Assembly (NCBI GenBank): GCA_963665715.2
Contig: CAXXPR010000002.1
Location: 372,437 to 436,436 of the forward strand
From: Desulfatiglandales bacterium
Lineage (GTDB): Bacteria; Desulfobacterota; DSM-4660; Desulfatiglandales; HGW-15
Length of the DNA stretch: 64,000 bases
Reading direction: 5' to 3'
Positions within the stretch are counted from its first letter, which is position 1, and each line of letters opens with the position of its first letter. Positions 48,600-57,831 of this stretch are shown here, in pieces. The translations under genes and the position numbers were made by a program. The notes below the pieces were generated by a model, which saw nothing but the letters and a program-made list of their open reading frames with translations, did not search any database and was not told the DNA's origin.

Positions 48600-50591
48600 A
48601 TGAAAAAAATAATAGTTTTATGCTTCATAACATTGTTTATACTTTTTCAAAACATATACGCCGAAGACAACTCATTGGAATCGGATAATGAATTGAAACT
48701 GGAAGGGCTAACTGTAACGGCAAATAAAACGGAGGAAAATGTACAGGAAGTACCTATCTCTATAACTGTATTTAATGAGATTGAAATAGAAGACAGTAAA
48801 ATAGAATCAGTTCAGGATGTTGCTTCGTACACCCCCAATTTCGCTTTAATAAATAAAGCAGGAGGGGTTTTTACGCCTACAATACGAGGTATTTCCAATT
48901 CCCTGCCTAACGGCACTCTTACTTCACAGTCATCAAGTATAATTATTGACGGTATCCCGGTATCAGTTGCAAAAGGATTTGATGTAACTCTGCTGGATAT
49001 AGAAAGGATTGAAGTATTAAAAGGCCCCCAGGGAACACTATATGGAAAAGAGGCAGAAGCCGGAGTTATCAATATTATCACAAAAAAACCCGATAACGAA
49101 ATAAGAGGAAAAATAGGAATTGAACTTGGAGAAGATAATAAAAGACAATATATTTTTAGTGCAAGCGGCCCTGTTGCAGAAGATAAGTTATATATAGGAT
49201 TATCGGCAAAACATTATGAAAAAGACGGACTTATAAAAAATACGCTTTTTGGTGGATACACCGATGACAGGGAACATAACTACGGGAGACTCCACTTAAG
49301 ATATACCCCTACCGATAACCTTGAGATATCTTTAATATCATCTTTAATTAAATATGATGATGGAAATATTAATTATGTTATGCCCTATGTTCCGAGAGAT
49401 AATGGTGTAAGTACAAATGAGCAAGGTTATGATAAAACAGTTACAACAACACATGTCTTAAAAGTATCATATGATATAAATAACTACCTTTTAGAATCTA
49501 TTACAACCTATCGAAATGTAAATACGGATGCTTTACAAGACTATACTGTTTACCCCAATTTTATTTATGACAGGGATCATGATAAATACTCACAAGAGTT
49601 CAGGCTGAGTAATGATAGCGATATTTTTAAATGGGTAGCAGGAATTTATGCAGATAAAAGGGATGTTGATGATTTGTCACATTGGGTAACCGGATTTCCC
49701 CCTGTTTTATCAACAACAAAGGGTGATTCATTAGGCGTTTTTATCCATACTGACTATGCTATCAATGATAAACTCTCTTTTATTTCGGGAGTCAGGTACG
49801 ATAAAGACAATAAGGAATATGAAGAATCCACTACAAAACTGGATTTATCCGATGATGAGATATCTCCAAAAGTTTCTTTAAAATATCAGCATGATAAAAA
49901 TAATATGTATTATGCAACCATTTCAAAAGGGTATCGTGCAGGAGGTTTTCATGCCAGTGCACTAAGTGGTTATTCAAAACAATATGACAAAGAGACCCTA
50001 TGGAATTATGAAGCAGGGGCAAAAAACCGCTTTTTTAACAGGAGACTTATAGTAAACAGTTCCATCTTTTATATGGATATAGACGATATGCAGGTAAGAA
50101 TTAATCCTATTCCAGGCTCGTATAGTTCTTATGTAAATAATGCAGCAAAAGCGACTTCAAAAGGTTTTGAAATAGGATTAAACGGAAAACTAAGCGACAC
50201 GATAGATCTTTTTGCTTCTTATGGATATGCAGATATTACCTTTGATGAGTATAAGGATGCAAATGGTGATTATAGCGGTAATAATAATACATATGCTCCA
50301 GCATATAATTATAATATAGGTGTCCAATACAGGAGTGAACAAGGGTATTTTGCAAGAGTTGACGTAAACGGTTATGGAAGAACATATTTTAATGCCACCA
50401 ATACCAGCAGCAGAGATCCTTATAGACTTGTAAATATGAAAATAGGATATGAAGCTGATAATTATGATATTTATCTGTACGGGAAAAATATCTTTGATAA
50501 AGAATATGATTCCATCGACATGATGAATGCCAATGGAGTTATATATTCCGAATCAAGAGAGATCGGCGTACAACTGGCGTACAGGTTTTAG
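48600..50591 (+). CDS. TonB-dependent outer-membrane receptor (siderophore/metallophore type)
   Basis: Signal peptide, TVTANK, IERIEVLKGPQGTLYG....GVINIIT plug motif, NIFDKEY, terminal YRF. Confidence 0.95.
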   Translation: MKKIIVLCFITLFILFQNIYAEDNSLESDNELKLEGLTVTANKTEENVQEVPISITVFNEIEIEDSKIESVQDVASYTPNFALINKAGGVFTPTIRGISNSLPNGTLTSQSSSIIIDGIPVSVAKGFDVTLLDIERIEVLKGPQGTLYGKEAEAGVINIITKKPDNEIRGKIGIELGEDNKRQYIFSASGPVAEDKLYIGLSAKHYEKDGLIKNTLFGGYTDDREHNYGRLHLRYTPTDNLEISLISSLIKYDDGNINYVMPYVPRDNGVSTNEQGYDKTVTTTHVLKVSYDINNYLLESITTYRNVNTDALQDYTVYPNFIYDRDHDKYSQEFRLSNDSDIFKWVAGIYADKRDVDDLSHWVTGFPPVLSTTKGDSLGVFIHTDYAINDKLSFISGVRYDKDNKEYEESTTKLDLSDDEISPKVSLKYQHDKNNMYYATISKGYRAGGFHASALSGYSKQYDKETLWNYEAGAKNRFFNRRLIVNSSIFYMDIDDMQVRINPIPGSYSSYVNNAAKATSKGFEIGLNGKLSDTIDLFASYGYADITFDEYKDANGDYSGNNNTYAPAYNYNIGVQYRSEQGYFARVDVNGYGRTYFNATNTSSRDPYRLVNMKIGYEADNYDIYLYGKNIFDKEYDSIDMMNANGVIYSESREIGVQLAYRF

Positions 50592-50605
50592 AATAATGGG
50601 GAAAT

Positions 50606-50743
50606 GGGGTCGGGCCAAGGTAACCTATTGCAATTAAATTAAAAACATTGGTGAGCCCCCTTGTTTTGGGGGCTATATAGACTTTTTTATGTCAAAAAAG
50701 AACGATATAGAAAAATAATCAAAAGGTTAGCCTGGCCCGACCC
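50606..50743. repeat. GGGGTC-ended inverted-repeat element (non-coding, MITE-like)
   Basis: gggtcgggccaaggtaacct vs aggttagcctggcccgaccc (18/20 complementary); internal hairpin agccccc/gggggct. Confidence 0.75.
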
Positions 50744-50967
50744 TGTTTTACTTTTCTCAATTTTCACTTTGGCGATATGGTTGATATAAAACGACCTCCT
50801 GAACTCTCGCGGGGCATTTCACAACTATTCACCTCTACACTCTCGTCTGTGGAAAACAGATCAAACCGTTTGACTATGTGATATTGTAGACAGAAGGGCT
50901 TAAAACGGTACCGCTCCAGGTAGTGAAATCCGAAAAGAATGCCCCCTTTTTACGTTTGTCTAAAACA

Positions 50968-51006
50968 TTGACAGGTGTACCTAGTTGGCGTACGATATGA
51001 CGTACG
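50968..51006 (+). promoter_or_regulatory. Sigma70 promoter and autoregulatory operator of the TA operon
   Basis: TTGACA-17 nt-TACGAT with three GTAC-centred repeats overlapping it. Confidence 0.75.
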
Positions 51007-51026
51007 TTTAAGCTGGAGGAAATAAA

Positions 51027-51269
51027 ATGTCTACAGTAACAGCAACTGAAGCAAGAAAAAGACTCTATACCCTGGTCGATGAAGTAGCTGAGTCCCATGA
51101 TCCAATTAAAATTGTGGGTAAAAGAAACTCAGCAGTCCTATTGTCCGAAGAAGACTGGCGAGCCATACAGGAAACACTATATTTAACATCAATACCGAAA
51201 ATGAGAGAATCTATTCACAAGGGTTTAAATACGCCCATCGAGGAATGCGAAGAGGAGCTTGACTGGTGA
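51027..51269 (+). CDS. yefM: Phd/YefM-family antitoxin
   Basis: TATEAR..LY.L.DEV..SH.PI.I.GKR..AVL.SEEDW.AIQETLYL. Confidence 0.95.
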   Translation: MSTVTATEARKRLYTLVDEVAESHDPIKIVGKRNSAVLLSEEDWRAIQETLYLTSIPKMRESIHKGLNTPIEECEEELDW

Positions 51270-51529
51270 CCTGGCGTTTGGTCTACACAAAACAAGCAAA
51301 AAAAGATGCAAAAAAGCTTTCCCGTTCGGGCTTAAAGCCTCAAGCAGAAAAACTTCTCTCTATTTTACAGGAAGACCCATATCGAATACCTCCGCCATAT
51401 GAAAGACTAGTTGGAGATCTTGCAGGTGCATGTTCCCGAAGGATTAATATTCAACATAGGATTGTGTATCAAATTCTTGATGATATAAAAACCGTTAAAG
51501 TAATTCGTATGTGGACACATTATGAATAA
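51266..51529 (+). CDS. yoeB: Txe/YoeB-family toxin
   Basis: P...PPPYE.L.GDL.GA.SRRINIQHR.VY.......VKV.RMWTHYE; 4 nt overlap with the antitoxin. Confidence 0.95.
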   Translation: MTWRLVYTKQAKKDAKKLSRSGLKPQAEKLLSILQEDPYRIPPPYERLVGDLAGACSRRINIQHRIVYQILDDIKTVKVIRMWTHYE

Positions 51530-51681
51530 AAATACTGGAGAACATCATAATTAAGCGGGACCGGCTGGTTTTCCTGCCGATTGAAATCCAGCAATATAAA
51601 TAGTCTTAGTACTTTAACTGCCATCTATACATTAACCCGACAGCCCCCTTGTTCAGCAGGTCACGGAATAATAAATGCTTT

Positions 51682-51759
51682 TGTCTGTGTCAGTCTGCGA
51701 GTGTCTGCGGTTAAAAAAAAAGCTTTTAAAGCATGATTAACCGCAGACTAACCCAGACA
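51682..51759. repeat. Inverted repeat of ~10-nt units (gtctgcg-like)
   Basis: tgtctgtgtcagtctgcgagtgtctgcggttaa ... ttaaccgcagactaacccagaca. Confidence 0.7.
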
Positions 51760-51762
51760 TTT

Positions 51763-51876
51763 ATGAAAAGCGGTCAAACCTGCCTTTGACTCTTGTTCAT
51801 CAATTTAATGAGCTAACCGGGGGCTGTCCTCGACATGGTATAAACCAGGCCATAACTTGACCCCTTTTTTCATCTC
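51763..51876. mobile_element. Non-autonomous/deleted derivative of the Y1 element
   Basis: atgaaaagcggtcaaacctgcctttgactcttg..aatttaa resembles the left end at 46268-46314; acttgaccccttttttcatctc is an inverted end ~100 bp away. Confidence 0.7.
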
Positions 51877-51986
51877 AGGTATACAGAGCCTTTTCCCGCA
51901 GCCGTAAAAATCATTTAGCTATAGAGTTGCGGGGCGTACAGCGTTCCGGGGGTTACCCGGAATTTAACCATGATAAGGATGTTTTT

Positions 51987-53960
51987 ATGTTGTATTGTCG
52001 TAAGCGTTATATCTGTTTTTTGATGTTTGTTTTACTGATTTGCACTGCAAGTGCTTCAGCAGCCGGTTTCCCTTTGCCGGTCAGTTTTGACAATGTGGTG
52101 TCGGTAAAAGAAAAACATCACGATTACGGCATGCTCAAGGGGCTTAAAAAACAATATTTTGGTGAGTATTGGGAAGAGAAATATTCCTTTTCCATTAAAA
52201 TGGCCAATGAAGAGCGCTTTACCCTCATGGCCGGCAGTATCCTCCGGTTTTTGGATAACCCGTCTTATACCTTTGAAAAGTACGGCTATCTTGAATTTGA
52301 GTATGAAGGCGAAGAGTATCTCATGCAGCTTCAGGCCTATGCAAAAACCGCCACAATTAAACTTGTTAAAAGCACGGGTTTTACGCCTTTTCTTTCTCTT
52401 AAAATGGACAAATGGCCCATGAAAGAAAAACTGGCAGCAAAGGCGGGTGATGTGCCATTGGTTCTGGTGGCGCCGCATTCCAAAGAGCTTGAAGTTACGC
52501 GGCTGCAATACAAAGCCTATGAAGAAAAATTGTTTCGGGCGGGTAAAGACACCCTGGATGCGAAGGGAAAGTTCTGGGATATCCGGTACGGCCTGAAAAA
52601 ATATACCAAACACAACCTGCTCCGCTACCGTGCTGTGCAGGATTATCGAACCATTCTTAAAAAAGAGGGCGCCCAAATCATCATGGACGGGGATGCCGGG
52701 TTTATCTTTGAACTCGATTTTGAGGGGAAGCATTTTGTCGGTGATTTTGAGGCCTATGATAACAGCATTGCATTGCAGGTTATCGAAGAAGAGGCCTTTT
52801 CCCAATCCCTGGTACTCTCTCCGGACAAACTTAAGTCGGAACTCGATGCCGGCGGTAAAGTAACTCTGGAAGGGGTCTATTTTGATACTGATAAGGCAAC
52901 TTTAAAAAAAGAGTCAGGCAAAGCGATTCTTTCTTCGGCATCCTTGTTAAAACAATACAGTGATCTTGTCATCGAGGTTCAGGGGCACACCGACAGCCAG
53001 GGTGATGACAGCCATAATATGGATCTTTCTTCCCGGCGTGCAAAATCCGTTGTCAATGCCCTTGTGGCAGAAGGGATTAATGAAACACGCCTCAGGGCCA
53101 AAGGGTATGGTGAAACAAGGCCTGTTGCGGATAATAGTACTGAAAAGGGGCGTGCCCGTAACCGCCGGGTGGAACTGCACCGGATCAGCGGCGGTACCGA
53201 GAGGATGATGATCAATATCGATTTTATCAAACCCCTGCCTGGTGCTGTAACTGAATCAGAACGCCGTTACAGGGACGGCTTTCTCATGGTTCATCACATG
53301 CCGCCTTACAGCAGTAAAAAAAGAACAGAAAAAATTACCGCACCCTCATACGATGTATACGATTATATCATTGAGCGAAATGGAAAGCGGGATAACAGTT
53401 TCAGCCCCACTGAGATTCTTGCGAACTACCGAAATATTCTTCCCGTGTCAGGCGCTAAACTGATTGGTGAAGATTCAAACAAGCTCTATTTCACATTTGC
53501 AGATCGCGGCGACAAACGTCCTCTCTATGGTGTGATTACCGCCTATGAAGGCCGGTACAAAGTGAGTGTTTATACACTCACTGCAAAAGAGGATGCGCCG
53601 CCTGCAGCAGATAAAATGGTACCCGAAAGCAGTGGGTGCAGTGACGCCATAGTAGGACAGTGGCAGGCAGACTACCAGGGCAGCAAACCCTATAATACTA
53701 AAAAGTCATATGCCTTTGTCACCAACGGTGTTATTGAAGCAGCTTCAGATCACATCACCATAGCAGCAGATGGTTCTGCACGGATGGAAGGGGCAAAGGA
53801 CGGTTATGATCTTTCCTGGAAAATTGACAATGGGGCTGTCCTGCTTTTGCACAAAGGGGAGACTGTAAGACAGATAACCTGTGTTAATGACTCAACCTTA
53901 TCTGTTTCCATGTATATTCTGGGAGAAGAACCCACTGTAGTGATCTATAAAAAGCAGTAA
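51987..53960 (+). CDS. Exported OmpA/MotB-type peptidoglycan-binding domain protein
   Basis: Signal peptide; central YFDTDKA.L, GHTDSQG....N..LS.RRA..V, GYGE..PVA.N....GRA.NRRVE. Confidence 0.9.
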   Translation: MLYCRKRYICFLMFVLLICTASASAAGFPLPVSFDNVVSVKEKHHDYGMLKGLKKQYFGEYWEEKYSFSIKMANEERFTLMAGSILRFLDNPSYTFEKYGYLEFEYEGEEYLMQLQAYAKTATIKLVKSTGFTPFLSLKMDKWPMKEKLAAKAGDVPLVLVAPHSKELEVTRLQYKAYEEKLFRAGKDTLDAKGKFWDIRYGLKKYTKHNLLRYRAVQDYRTILKKEGAQIIMDGDAGFIFELDFEGKHFVGDFEAYDNSIALQVIEEEAFSQSLVLSPDKLKSELDAGGKVTLEGVYFDTDKATLKKESGKAILSSASLLKQYSDLVIEVQGHTDSQGDDSHNMDLSSRRAKSVVNALVAEGINETRLRAKGYGETRPVADNSTEKGRARNRRVELHRISGGTERMMINIDFIKPLPGAVTESERRYRDGFLMVHHMPPYSSKKRTEKITAPSYDVYDYIIERNGKRDNSFSPTEILANYRNILPVSGAKLIGEDSNKLYFTFADRGDKRPLYGVITAYEGRYKVSVYTLTAKEDAPPAADKMVPESSGCSDAIVGQWQADYQGSKPYNTKKSYAFVTNGVIEAASDHITIAADGSARMEGAKDGYDLSWKIDNGAVLLLHKGETVRQITCVNDSTLSVSMYILGEEPTVVIYKKQ

Positions 53961-54119
53961 TACTAAAGGAAGGCTTTTCCAAATGATGGAATGCTGAATT
54001 GTCTTTCCTGGCGGACCAAATTAACTATCCGTTTTTTCGTGAAAAATATTATAAATACAGCTGTTGTTCATCCTTAGGCTGTTCTTTTCAGCCCATGGTA
54101 TTCCTGATATGGTGAAAAG

Positions 54120-54253
54120 GACGATAGCTGTTTTCTCTTGATATTAATAAAAATTATACTTATTAATAAAAGTCTGTTCAGTCTCACACTCAAAGCATAA
54201 AGATCCTGAAACACCGCAGGGTCTTTTTATATAAATTTTCAAAGTTATTTTTT
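54120..54253. repeat. ~134 bp direct repeat, copy 2
   Basis: Same orientation as, and near-identical to, 44391-44524. Confidence 0.92.
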
Positions 54254-54398
54254 GAGTCATTATTAAGTAATAATATAGATGGTTTTCAATGAGATGCTTG
54301 AACCGCTGGAGAAGATACTTTCCTTTTCGGTTCCTGGAGCGATGCGGTTGCAGCATCTTCGTCCTGCCAGATCACCAATTAAAAAAGGAGGCATTAAA

Positions 54399-54968
54399 AT
54401 GAAGATCGCACAGGATTTGATTGAAGGTCTCGTATCAATAATAAAGCTTGGGCCAAAACTAAATAACCAGCAGAGAGCCGAAATCAGAAAAATAGTAGGA
54501 GAACTTGGAGATGAGTTACAACGGGCATTAAAGATGTCTATAATGTATCTGGAAAAAGCTCCGAGGATATCTGATGATCAGGGATATTCTGACTATTTAT
54601 CCGGTGCTACCGGAAAACTCCTGAATGCTTTCAATGAATTTGAAATATGTTCAGGCATCTATGGGTTACATGATAAATTCAATCAGGCCTTTGATCCAGC
54701 GAAATATTCAGTCAATATAGGCAATATACAAAAGGTCCACGAATTGATTGACAGTTTAAGCAATGGAGAGCAGATGGTTATTGACGGGATGGATAAATTA
54801 ACCGAAGAGCTTAGAAATATGTCGTGGGATTTTGATTCTGCAACCGGCGAGGATAAAGAAGCCATAAGAACCCAGATAAACACTTATATAAAACTCAGCA
54901 TTAACAGTATTGAATCAGATAGAAAAAGTATAAAAAACACAGTCCGGGAAGTCATAAAAGTAATGTGA
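54399..54968 (+). CDS. Hypothetical all-helical protein
   Basis: AGGAGG RBS before ATG 54399; no recognisable motif. Confidence 0.65.
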   Translation: MKIAQDLIEGLVSIIKLGPKLNNQQRAEIRKIVGELGDELQRALKMSIMYLEKAPRISDDQGYSDYLSGATGKLLNAFNEFEICSGIYGLHDKFNQAFDPAKYSVNIGNIQKVHELIDSLSNGEQMVIDGMDKLTEELRNMSWDFDSATGEDKEAIRTQINTYIKLSINSIESDRKSIKNTVREVIKVM

Positions 54969-55048
54969 TCCTGAAAACATTGTTTGCCGAAAAGTCTGGT
55001 AAGATATCGGCTTTGCGTAAAACCGACGGCCTGGAGGAGAGTTATCTA

Positions 55049-55726
55049 ATGATTTCGCCTGATGAAATTAGAGAAAAATTTGGTGACGATTTTTTCGTTG
55101 ATGATCACACTTTCAAGCTGGGGATAGATCATCGTTTCACAAAACATTTTTCCGAAAGATTTCAAAATCGGAAAGTGCTTGAAACATGCACCGGTGCAGG
55201 CTTTACTACTATTGCTTTAGCTCGTGCTGCATCTCACGTTGTAACCGTGGATATAAATCCTTCTCACCAGATGCAGGCAAAAGAAAATATCTTCAGGGCG
55301 GGTTTAACCGACCGGGTAACATTTTTATCAGGAGATGTTTTAGACGAAAAGATACTTGGTGAACTTGATACAGTTGATGCTGCGTTTCTTGATCCAGACT
55401 GGGCAGATACTGACCATGATCATGAATATTGCTTTATTAATTCAAATACACTGCCTCCTGCAGATATGTTGTTTGAACGTATTTATCAAATTACCAAAAA
55501 TATTGCTTTGGTTTTACCTCCATATATAACCACAAAAGAATTTGAACAGCTCCCGGTACATGAGTGTGAAAGTTTATACCTTGGAGGAGGCCATGAGCTG
55601 TTCTGTCTTTATTTTGGTGAACTTGTTTCAAGTATAGGCGAAAGTGAATTTCACATAAATGGCATAGAAAATAAGATGTCCGTTAATATCATATCCGCCG
55701 GAGGTAATACCTGTGAAAATGTTTAA
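55049..55726 (+). CDS. Class I SAM-dependent methyltransferase, TGS1/RsmD-like
   Basis: VLETCTGAGFTTIALA, VVTVDI, F..GD, DAAFLDPDW, NIALVLP, CLYFGEL; GGAGGA RBS. Confidence 0.8.
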   Translation: MISPDEIREKFGDDFFVDDHTFKLGIDHRFTKHFSERFQNRKVLETCTGAGFTTIALARAASHVVTVDINPSHQMQAKENIFRAGLTDRVTFLSGDVLDEKILGELDTVDAAFLDPDWADTDHDHEYCFINSNTLPPADMLFERIYQITKNIALVLPPYITTKEFEQLPVHECESLYLGGGHELFCLYFGELVSSIGESEFHINGIENKMSVNIISAGGNTCENV

Positions 55727-56051
55727 AGACAAACCATATCGGAATATTATTGAATTTATCGATGCTGCGGCAGGTTCGGATGAATTGATGAGCTGGCTCA
55801 GGAATTTAGAAACTTTACCTGATAATCTTCGGAGTGATCATCTTGCCAGGATGAAAACAAAAATGACATCAAACAAAGAACCTGAAAAAATTATTGATAT
55901 TGTAGAATCGATTAATAAACCGAAGGTGTTATCTGCCATAAACCTTGTCATAAAAGATGTATATGATTCAGGTATGAAGGCAGATAAATATTTAAAAAGA
56001 AACAGTAACAAAAATTTTAATATTCTTATAAGTCTTATGACAGGCTGTTAG
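55713..56051 (+). CDS. Hypothetical protein
   Basis: GGAGGT RBS; overlaps the methyltransferase stop; no motif. Confidence 0.55.
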   Translation: MKMFKDKPYRNIIEFIDAAAGSDELMSWLRNLETLPDNLRSDHLARMKTKMTSNKEPEKIIDIVESINKPKVLSAINLVIKDVYDSGMKADKYLKRNSNKNFNILISLMTGC

Positions 56052-57831
56052 CGGTAGAATTATAGACAATGATTCGGTTTCTGCCTTCTTCTTTTGCTTT
56101 GTAAAGAGCATCATCAGCATTTTTCATTACTCTATCGATCGGATCTTCAAGTGATTCTATTTCCGCTATCCCGATACTGACAGTTACTGTCAGTTCTCCT
56201 GCAGGGGATTCAATATTCTCTCTGCTGATTCCTGATCTTATCCGTTCTAGCACTATTGCAGCATCACCCGGATCTGTTTCCGGAAACAGTACTGCAAACT
56301 CTTCACCGCCCCATCGGCAGCATGTATCTGTTGCCCTGATACCTTCATTGAGTACACGGGCAAATACTTTGAGAACTTCATCACCAATATCGTGACCGTG
56401 GGTATCATTTACCTGCTTGAAGTGATCCAGGTCCATCAGCGCAACACATGGAGGTCTTCTATTGTGTCTTGATGCAGTTTTTATCTCTTTATAAAATTCA
56501 TCATGAAATGCTCTTCTGTTAAAAAGACCTGTAAGAGTATCTGTTCTTGCTGCTGATGCAAGCGCAGCATTATCCTCCGTGAGCATCCTGTTGAATTTTT
56601 TAGTCATTACCTGGTGATATACAAAGGATATGAATGTAGATAAAAGCAGTATCTCCAGTGGGAACAGCAATGCTGTTTTCTGACTGAAAAAAGCCATCAG
56701 TCCAAGTCCTGCAAGTAATGCTGCTATACCGGCCAGAATGGGTATGCCTATCAGGTGCAGATGGGTCAGATCCTTTTTAAGCCAGGTAAACAGCCCCGGA
56801 AAGAGAGCTATACATACAAGAATAATATTCCAGATTTTTTTGTCCGGTTTTAATGCAAGTCCCTTATTTATGGTTTCATGTGCAATTGCCAGAACATAGG
56901 TCCCGGACATGGAGCCTCTGGGTGTGTTTACCCTGTCGGACAGGTAGGCAGTACTTCCTATAAATACAGTCTTGCCTTGAAAAAAACCTTCATCATCAAC
57001 ATCAGTTATTCCAAGGGCTGTCTGTGCAACCTCGAAAAATGGCAGGGCCAGGATAGAATTTGCATTTTCAGGAAAATACACATGCAGAGTGCCCATTGTG
57101 CCTACAGGAAGCTGAAGTTTCCCGGCTGTTAAAACTCCATGGTCCGGATTATAACTGTACCCTGTTTTATTATAGTCATCTTCGGCAATGCGCAGTGTAA
57201 GAGACGGAAGAAAATAATCATTGACCCTGTATATCAGGGGCAGCCGCCGTAAAATACCGTCAGGGTCAGATGCTGCTGTGACAACGCCAATTCCTGCACC
57301 ATCTTCTCCTCTTCCTACAATTCCGGATCGGGGCAGAATAACAGACTTCATTTCAATATAGGGCAATTCTGTTTGAGGCTGAAGTGAAAGATATTTGAGC
57401 CGTTCAATATCTTCACGGTCGGTCGTTACCTCGCCAACCGGTGAACTGGCTGCAAAAAAAACGATTTTATTTTTTAATACAGACCTGTAAAAGTCTTCAT
57501 CCTGTTCCCGCTGATCCGAAAAAATAATATCAAAGACAACGGCCTTTGCCCCTTTTTCACTCAGATAATCAAGGAGCCTGGCATAAATCCCGCGGTTATA
57601 GGGCCATGTTCCTATGTGCGGTTCCAGCTGCCTCAGGCTTTCATCATCAATGTCCAGAACAACAGAATCTGTAAAATAGTATTCATCAGCAGCCATCTGC
57701 TGAATGCGGTCACGGACACGGAAGTCAAGAGCCAGATGCAGCGATGTGAGGGATATCAGCCATGCCAGGATAAAAGACACAGGAAGTATCCATGATCTTA
57801 AAATTAATATTTTAACAGGACTTTTAATCAC
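56035..57831 (-). CDS. CHASE2-domain diguanylate cyclase
   Basis: DIDDESL...G.WPY.R, FDIIFS, DPDG.LRR CHASE2; three TM helices; D.LTGLFNRR, DLDHFK.VND..GH..GD, RATD I-site, GGEEF. Confidence 0.95.
   Translation of the reverse strand: MIKSPVKILILRSWILPVSFILAWLISLTSLHLALDFRVRDRIQQMAADEYYFTDSVVLDIDDESLRQLEPHIGTWPYNRGIYARLLDYLSEKGAKAVVFDIIFSDQREQDEDFYRSVLKNKIVFFAASSPVGEVTTDREDIERLKYLSLQPQTELPYIEMKSVILPRSGIVGRGEDGAGIGVVTAASDPDGILRRLPLIYRVNDYFLPSLTLRIAEDDYNKTGYSYNPDHGVLTAGKLQLPVGTMGTLHVYFPENANSILALPFFEVAQTALGITDVDDEGFFQGKTVFIGSTAYLSDRVNTPRGSMSGTYVLAIAHETINKGLALKPDKKIWNIILVCIALFPGLFTWLKKDLTHLHLIGIPILAGIAALLAGLGLMAFFSQKTALLFPLEILLLSTFISFVYHQVMTKKFNRMLTEDNAALASAARTDTLTGLFNRRAFHDEFYKEIKTASRHNRRPPCVALMDLDHFKQVNDTHGHDIGDEVLKVFARVLNEGIRATDTCCRWGGEEFAVLFPETDPGDAAIVLERIRSGISRENIESPAGELTVTVSIGIAEIESLEDPIDRVMKNADDALYKAKEEGRNRIIVYNSTANSLS

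Noticed and set aside
51530-51600. attC after the YefM/YoeB pair (ggagaac..attaagcgggac)
   Set aside because: Only a weak left-half resemblance; no L'/R' half and no complementary core upstream of the TA genes.
52056-52805. Long antisense ORFs (249 aa here; also 13263-14054, 3502-4077, 16290-16850, 59857-60393)
   Set aside because: They shadow well-supported genes on the opposite strand and lack motifs.
54279-55048. Longer starts for the two ORFs in the track (54279 and 54965)
   Set aside because: Strong Shine-Dalgarno sequences support internal ATGs at 54399 and 55049.
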